Origin: Candidatus Moraniibacteriota bacterium | Lineage (GTDB): Bacteria > Patescibacteriota > Minisyncoccia > Moranbacterales > GWC2-37-73 | Assembly (NCBI GenBank): GCA_013336225.1 | Contig: JAAXUC010000001.1 | Coordinates: forward strand, 99,949 to 163,948 | DNA length: 64,000 nt | Direction of reading: 5' to 3' | Shown: piece after piece, positions 59,093-64,000 of the stretch | Position numbering within the stretch: the first letter of the stretch is position 1 | Layout of the letters: each line of letters begins with the position of its first letter | Position numbers and translations under genes: made by a program | Notes under the pieces: model-generated | The model's database searches: none | Told to the model about the DNA's origin: nothing | What the model saw: only the letters and a program-made list of their open reading frames with translations

Positions 59093-59270
59093 ATAGTCTT
59101 CTTTTAATTCTAAAGTCTAATTCTTAAGGTCTAAAACAAGTCTAAATTCTAATTTATAATTTTACACTTTAGATTTTTAAAGTTAGTCTTTAGATTTATG
59201 GTTTTTATTGGCAAATAAGATACTTGTGTATTATAACCTTTTTTGTTTTTTGCCTCAAGCGCAATGTGCG

Positions 59271-59388
59271 ATTTTTGTTTCACCTGCTTTCTCTTGAGAG
59301 CACGCTTCACAGCTGAAATCTATGGCTGTTCGCTCGGACCTCGCTGTCGCTCGCTACGGCTTCAAGAAAAAACAGGCGAAACAAAAAT
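59271..59388 (+). repeat. About 115-nt palindromic element, copy 4 (carries a compensatory double change in the internal hairpin: GCAGCC/GGCTGC to ACAGCT/GGCTGT)
   Basis: ATTTTTGTTTCACCTGCTTTCTCTTGAGAGCACGCTTCACAGCTGAAATCTATGGCTGTTCGCTCGGACC...CGCTACGGCTTCAAGAAAAAACAGGCGAAACAAAAATG. Confidence 0.7.
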
Positions 59389-59399
59389 GCTTCTTTCTT

Positions 59400-61604
59400 T
59401 TATTCAAGATGGATGTTAGCTTGAAATTTTCCAAGTTCTTTTTGCAGGAGAGGAAAGTTGCCAAGGTCGGGACTATCAAGCAAGGTTTGCTCGGCGTAGT
59501 CATGGGCAATTTCAATCAATTTTGCATTTGCCAGGTGCTCCATGGCGATGTCTGGCAACCCTGATTGCCTGGTGCCCAGGAATTCTCCTGGTCCTCGTAG
59601 TGCAAGATCTTCTTCAGCAATCTTGAAACCGTTGGAAGTTTTTTCCATCGCCCCCAGGCGCGATTTAGCTTTGGTGGTTTTGCTGCCAGTGAACAAGAAG
59701 CAATAGGATTGCTTGTCGGAGCGACCGACGCGCCCACGAAATTGATGTAATTGCGAAAGACCGAAACGTTCAGCATCTTCAATGATGATAATGGTGGCAT
59801 TGGGAATGTCGATGCCAACTTCCACCACTGAGGTTGCAACCAAAATGTCATATTTTTTATCTTTGAAATCCTGCATCACTTTTTCCTTTTCGGTCGATTT
59901 CAAACGACCATGCAAAAGTCCAAGACTGAGTTTTGGGAAAATCTCACGGGACAAATGTTCATGTTCTTGGGTTGCAGCTTTGAGTTCAGTGAGTTTTTCT
60001 GATTCTTCTACTAGCGGAAAAATGATGAAAGCCTGATGACCACTGGCGATTTCTTTTTCAACAAAATCATAAATTTCTTTGCGTTTGCTGTGAGTGATGA
60101 TTTCAGTGACGATGGACTTTCTGTTTTTTGGCATTTCATCCAGTACAGACAAATCAAGATTTCCAAAATATGCCAAGGTCAAAGTGCGGGGAATGGGAGT
60201 GGCTGTCATGGTCAAGAAATGAGGAATTTTACCTGGCAGTCCGTCATTGATTTTGGAAATTTGCTGCTGCAAATATGCGCGTTGAGCGACGCCAAAACGA
60301 TGTTGTTCATCCACAATCACCAACGCCAAATTTTTGAATTTAACAGCCTCTTGAATGATGGCATGGGTGCCGATAATTATATCAATATTGCCATTGCGCA
60401 GTTCAGCTATTAATTGTTCTTTAGACAACTTATTATTTTTTATGGATTGTAATTTTGAATTTTTAATTTCTAATTTCGATTGAATTTTTAATGTTTTAAT
60501 TTTTAAACATTCATCATTCTGATTTGACTCAAAATTCAAAATTGGAAATTCAAAATTATTAATAAGCTTGTATGCATTTGTCAGCAGTCCAATGTTTATG
60601 TCATATGAGGCGAATATCTTGCAGATACTCTCATAATGCTGGCGAGCCAAAACTTCTGTGGGAGCCATGATCGACACTTGAAATCCAGCTTTGATGGCAT
60701 TCAGGCTTGCGATGGCAGCCACGATTGTTTTGCCGCTGCCCACATCTCCATTTAAAAGGCGATTCATTGGCAGTGGCTTTTCCAGATCTTTCAAGATTTG
60801 AAAAGCAGCTTTGCGCTGAGCATCGGTCAGGGTGAAGGGGAGATCGGAAACAAATTTTTTGATGAGTTCTTCATTAAAGTGCATGGAGACAGCATTTTGT
60901 TTGTCCCAAGAGATTTTCACTTTTTGAGTTGCGAGTTGCACTAAAAATATTTGCTGGAAAGCAAAACGTTTTTGAGCCAGTTCAAATTCTTGCAGTGTTT
61001 TGGGAAAATGCAAGGATTTCACTGCTTCAGACAGCTTGGGCAGATGCAGGCCTTTGAGAATGTTTTCAGGCAGTGGATCAATCAGTGCGTCGGCATATTT
61101 GATCAGGTTCTGCATTTGCCAGCGAATCCATTTGGAAGTGAGACCTTCGGTTTCGGGATAGATTGGCACCAGGCGCCCAGTGTTGGTGGGAGTGCGCGAA
61201 GAAAGTTCCCAAGCTGGACTTCCAAAAAAAAGACCATTTCGATCCTCGGAAACTTTGCCAGAGAGACGCACGCCCTTGCTGACAGTCAGTGAGTCGCTAA
61301 TATATGGCTGATTGAACCACACGGCGCGCACAGTGCCAGTTTCATCGCTGACAAAACATTCCGTGATCATCATTTTCTTTTTCCAAGTGCGCACCATTTT
61401 GCTTTGAGAAATTTCGCCCATCACGGTTGCTGCTTCTCCTGCTTGTAAATCAGCAATTTCAATCCTTTCGGAATAATCTTCATAGCGAAAAGGGAAGTGC
61501 AGCAAAAAATCCTCCACCGTTTCCAGGTTGAGTTTTTTCAAAATTGGCGCATATCTAAGGCCGATGCGCGGAATTTTTTCCAGCTTTATTTTCAAATAAT
61601 CCAT
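59400..61604 (-). CDS. recG: ATP-dependent DNA helicase RecG (with about 45-aa insertion encoded by an AT-rich GAAATT-type repeat)
   Basis: Wedge/OB N-terminus, helicase motifs GDVGSGKT and DEQHRFGV, TRG motif region. Insertion INNFEFPILNFESNQ...LEIKNSKLQSIKNN at DNA 60420-60560 matches the intergenic repeat family at 3230-3353 and 35175-35300. Confidence 0.9.
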   Translation of the reverse strand: MDYLKIKLEKIPRIGLRYAPILKKLNLETVEDFLLHFPFRYEDYSERIEIADLQAGEAATVMGEISQSKMVRTWKKKMMITECFVSDETGTVRAVWFNQPYISDSLTVSKGVRLSGKVSEDRNGLFFGSPAWELSSRTPTNTGRLVPIYPETEGLTSKWIRWQMQNLIKYADALIDPLPENILKGLHLPKLSEAVKSLHFPKTLQEFELAQKRFAFQQIFLVQLATQKVKISWDKQNAVSMHFNEELIKKFVSDLPFTLTDAQRKAAFQILKDLEKPLPMNRLLNGDVGSGKTIVAAIASLNAIKAGFQVSIMAPTEVLARQHYESICKIFASYDINIGLLTNAYKLINNFEFPILNFESNQNDECLKIKTLKIQSKLEIKNSKLQSIKNNKLSKEQLIAELRNGNIDIIIGTHAIIQEAVKFKNLALVIVDEQHRFGVAQRAYLQQQISKINDGLPGKIPHFLTMTATPIPRTLTLAYFGNLDLSVLDEMPKNRKSIVTEIITHSKRKEIYDFVEKEIASGHQAFIIFPLVEESEKLTELKAATQEHEHLSREIFPKLSLGLLHGRLKSTEKEKVMQDFKDKKYDILVATSVVEVGIDIPNATIIIIEDAERFGLSQLHQFRGRVGRSDKQSYCFLFTGSKTTKAKSRLGAMEKTSNGFKIAEEDLALRGPGEFLGTRQSGLPDIAMEHLANAKLIEIAHDYAEQTLLDSPDLGNFPLLQKELGKFQANIHLE

Positions 61605-61712
61605 GACTTAAGTATAGCCCATTGTATATATCACATCTAGTGATAATTCAAGCAAGAAAAAAGCCGCTCACATATGTTATGTGAGCAGCTAAAATTTTAA
61701 GCTGGAATATAT

Positions 61713-62354
61713 CTAGCTCAGTGTTGATTTCCCACAGGCCATTCCGGCATGCGCAAATTTTTTCATAAACTCGCGCATGATTAATGACTTGGCCTCATTA
61801 ATTGGAATTCCTTCCATGAGGCTTGTGACGATCGCGTACTGTTCGCTTTCAGCAAAAGCCGCAATCCTAACCTTCATAGGCAATGTGTCAGAATTATGAC
61901 TAATTGACACTAGTGCATGAATACCTAGCCTCTCAACTTCTTCCAGGTCAGCAGCAAAGATTGTAACTTTGGCGCCATCATATTGTCTGACATTGAGATT
62001 AGCCATGATTTGTAGGTGTTCCGGCAGGAGGTCCTTAAAGATACTGCTCGACTCAAAGGACCCCCAAGTTATTTTTTCTTCGTCCACCTCTTTTTTTGCC
62101 AGCTGGAGTTTTTCTTCGCAGCTGTCGGAGCAAGTTGTCCTTAGGAAATGGTCGATGTTATCCACAAACAGTGGCATCGCGCCGTTACATGTTTCGCATG
62201 TGCAACCATTGCCGCTTTTGATGCGAGCCCGAATTGCGGCATACTTATCTTTGACGCAAGTGAACCCTGCGCCTCTGGATAGTAGAGTTTCTCCCATCCG
62301 AATAGCTCTTTTGCTGAGAGCTACTTTTACTGCTTGATCTGACTTTTTGGACAT
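61713..62354 (-). CDS. Hypothetical Cys-containing protein (213 aa)
   Basis: Intact ORF with a CTCETCNG cluster; no recognisable family. Confidence 0.4.
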   Translation of the reverse strand: MSKKSDQAVKVALSKRAIRMGETLLSRGAGFTCVKDKYAAIRARIKSGNGCTCETCNGAMPLFVDNIDHFLRTTCSDSCEEKLQLAKKEVDEEKITWGSFESSSIFKDLLPEHLQIMANLNVRQYDGAKVTIFAADLEEVERLGIHALVSISHNSDTLPMKVRIAAFAESEQYAIVTSLMEGIPINEAKSLIMREFMKKFAHAGMACGKSTLS

Positions 62355-62688
62355 AGTGTCCTCCTTTGGGTTTTTTATGTGGCAAATGCCACTGGGTAAA
62401 TGTTAAATAACTACGATATTATATTCTAGCACCTTTTAAACAAAAAGTCAAGCAAAATTAATGCATGACTTTTCGTTGATATTTCTTTGTGCGGCCGGCA
62501 GCCTGCCTGCCGGCAGGCAGGGAATCGGCCTCGACTAATTTTTTGCCGTCGCAAAAAATTGTCTGGCCACCGTCTCGCCCTTTTGTCTGCTGACAAAAGT
62601 GGCTCCGACGTCCGATTCCTGACGTGAGTGAAATCATTCACTCACTCCCAGCACACAAATAAACCCACCTTTCGGTGGGTTCTTCTTG

Positions 62689-62761
62689 TGTGCTAGGCAG
62701 GAATCGGACCTGCGACCTTCTGGACCGCAACCAGACGCTCTATCCACTGAGCTACAAGCAC
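62689..62761 (-). tRNA. tRNA-Arg (anticodon GCG)
   Basis: Hand-folded cloverleaf: acceptor GTGCTTG/CTAGCAC (one U-U), D arm GCTC-AGTGGATA-GAGC, anticodon arm TCTGG-TTGCGGT-CCAGA, T arm GCAGG-TCCGATT-CCTGC, discriminator A, no encoded CCA. Confidence 0.7.
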
Positions 62762-62982
62762 GTCGTCGTTAACACTCTTCCTTGAAACCTTGCGGTTTCA
62801 ATACTTCCACTCCGGGGAAACTTCCGTTTTCCCGACCCCTTTCCCATTTGAACTTTGCAAGTTCAAGCATCTCCATCTCCATTCAAATCACTCAAAGGTC
62901 AGTATACAATATACAGTAAAAAAAGTAAATACTTAGTGATGAATGCTTGTTGAATTTTGAATATTGAATTTTGGATGTTGTT

Positions 62983-63579
62983 TTAAATATGCAAAACCCT
63001 TTCAATGGCATCAATAAGTCCTGGATCCTGTTTAATTTCAGGGATGTCATGAATCAGGAATTCTCGTATTTTGACTGGATCTTCATCGCGAAGGGGAATG
63101 TGAACAAATGGCAACATGGATGCTTTGGTGTGCAGGCTGATGGTTTTGGTGTGCGGCGGATCATAGAAAATCCAAAAAGAATTGATGTTTTCAAAAAGAT
63201 ACATTTCTTTGTCAGCAATGATGCCCTTAGTTGTGATGGAGAAAGTGATCACGCGAGGATCTTTTTGTAGATAGATATATCCTACAATGCCAAGCAAAAT
63301 GAAGGTGATGGCCATGATGGGACCATTGGTATAGAGAGCATAGATCACCATTAGGACGATGAAAATGGCAAAAATTAAATACCAACGGGCACTTTTTTCA
63401 TAGACTTCAAATTCCGGCGCTTTCCATTGATGCAAAATTTTGCCGGTCTGCGAACTTTCTTTGTGCGCAGCATCATGCTCATGGCTGGCGATTGCTTCTT
63501 GGTGTTGCTCGCTTGCAACTGGCCTTGGTGGCGCAGCATGCTGCTGAGTGGCAAGCGCTTTTTTTAGATCAAATGACAT
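62983..63579 (-). CDS. Hypothetical membrane protein (2 TM helices, His-rich N-terminus)
   Basis: 198-aa ORF; no family recognised. Confidence 0.4.
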   Translation of the reverse strand: MSFDLKKALATQQHAAPPRPVASEQHQEAIASHEHDAAHKESSQTGKILHQWKAPEFEVYEKSARWYLIFAIFIVLMVIYALYTNGPIMAITFILLGIVGYIYLQKDPRVITFSITTKGIIADKEMYLFENINSFWIFYDPPHTKTISLHTKASMLPFVHIPLRDEDPVKIREFLIHDIPEIKQDPGLIDAIERVLHI

Positions 63580-63798
63580 AATATGTATATGTGAGTTTAA
63601 AATTCTCCTAGCTTGATTCTAGCATATTTACAAATACGTTCAAAATATAAAAAACAACCGCCATATGGTAGTTGTTTTTCATTTGAGGAAGCGAAGAGAT
63701 TCCTTCTCGCTCCGACTCGAAGTCTGGGCGCTACACACAGAATGCTCGTATTCCTCGCATTCGACTCGCGCCCTTCGAATCTCTCTATTTTAAATTTG

Positions 63799-63883
63799 AG
63801 GAAGCGAAGAGATTCGAACTCTTGATGGGTCGCCCCATGACAGTTTTCAAGACTGTTGCCTTCAACCGCTCGGCCACGCTTCC
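63799..63883 (-). tRNA. tRNA-Ser (anticodon UGA), class II with long variable arm
   Basis: Acceptor GGAAGCG/CGCTTCC, D arm GCC-GAGCGGTTGAA-GGC, anticodon arm ACAGT-CTTGAAA-ACTGT, variable hairpin ATGGG-GCGA-CCCAT, T arm AAGAG-TTCGAAT-CTCTT. Confidence 0.75.
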
Positions 63884-64000
63884 TTACTCATTTTCTTCGA
63901 AAAGGGCATAGCGCGTCATTTGCTCGTCGTCACTCGCTAATTCCTTGTCCGCGGTGGCGCCAAATGCTCATCCGCATTTGTCGGCGTTCGCTGCGAAATT

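Noticed and set aside
62426-62641. Minus-strand 71-aa ORF next to tRNA-Arg
   Set aside because: It spans the nest of tRNA-like fragments and palindromes and is Arg-rich because of GC-rich repeats. It has no start context.
63613-63825. Plus-strand 70-aa ORF overlapping tRNA-Ser and its duplicated 3' fragment
   Set aside because: It is the antisense translation of a tRNA gene and repeat, so not a plausible CDS.
62430-63890. Possibility of a resident genomic island integrated at tRNA-Arg or tRNA-Ser
   Set aside because: The duplicated tRNA 3' segments are only about 100-200 bp from the genes with no integrase or cargo ORFs between them. They are better explained as scars or local repeats than as a current island.
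1-64000. Alternative genetic code (UGA recoding, as in some CPR lineages)
   Set aside because: Long housekeeping ORFs (rpoB 1144 aa, rpoC about 1190 aa, ileS 970 aa) are uninterrupted under the standard code and end at ordinary stops. There is no need to invoke code 25.
1-64000. CRISPR arrays, rRNA genes, transposases or integrases
   Set aside because: No regularly spaced direct repeats with unique spacers, no rRNA-like conserved stretches, and no DDE or tyrosine-recombinase motifs were seen. The repeats present are short palindromic or low-complexity families, not CRISPR.

Overview
This window is a low-GC, standard-code bacterial segment made almost entirely of housekeeping genes. The gene content looks like Patescibacteria/CPR: rpsF-ssb-rpsR with no rplI, a roughly 90-aa TsaB, and many small membrane proteins. 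Genes present are PBP1A (5'-truncated by the window edge), a cell-wall amidase, purN, rpoB-rpoC, lexA, ftsK, a RodZ-like gene, recA, efp, rpsF-ssb-rpsR, a dense nucleotide-excision-repair cluster (uvrB, uvrA, a short uvrC, a second full-length uvrA paralog), rsmI, a cluster of paralogous secreted or surface proteins around a membrane-fused spermidine-synthase-like gene, argS, a GT4 glycosyltransferase, ileS, recO, tgt, an ArsR regulator, trpS, an orphan receiver domain, phosphohexomutase, recG, and tRNA-Arg and tRNA-Ser on the minus strand.

The most unusual content is several families of small repeats. (1) A roughly 115-nt palindromic element occurs in 4 intergenic copies and shows compensatory base changes. 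(2) An 83-bp element with perfect 25-bp inverted-repeat hairpins is inserted in-frame in argS, with relatives upstream of ileS and after uvrB. (3) AT-rich GAAATT-type repeats, AAGCTAAAAGCT repeats and GTCAT repeats occur both in intergenic DNA and in-frame inside recG, uvrA and uvrC. (4) A roughly 120-bp element carrying a 13-bp hairpin sits immediately upstream of recO, of the next gene, and of a third gene. (5) Pentamer arrays with 8-nt periodicity sit directly upstream of the lexA, rsmI and rpsF start codons. (6) Fragments resembling tRNA 3' ends are duplicated next to both tRNA genes. Several genes appear to be leaderless, with a TATAAT box 6-9 nt before the ATG.

No CRISPR array, rRNA, transposase or integrase gene is visible.
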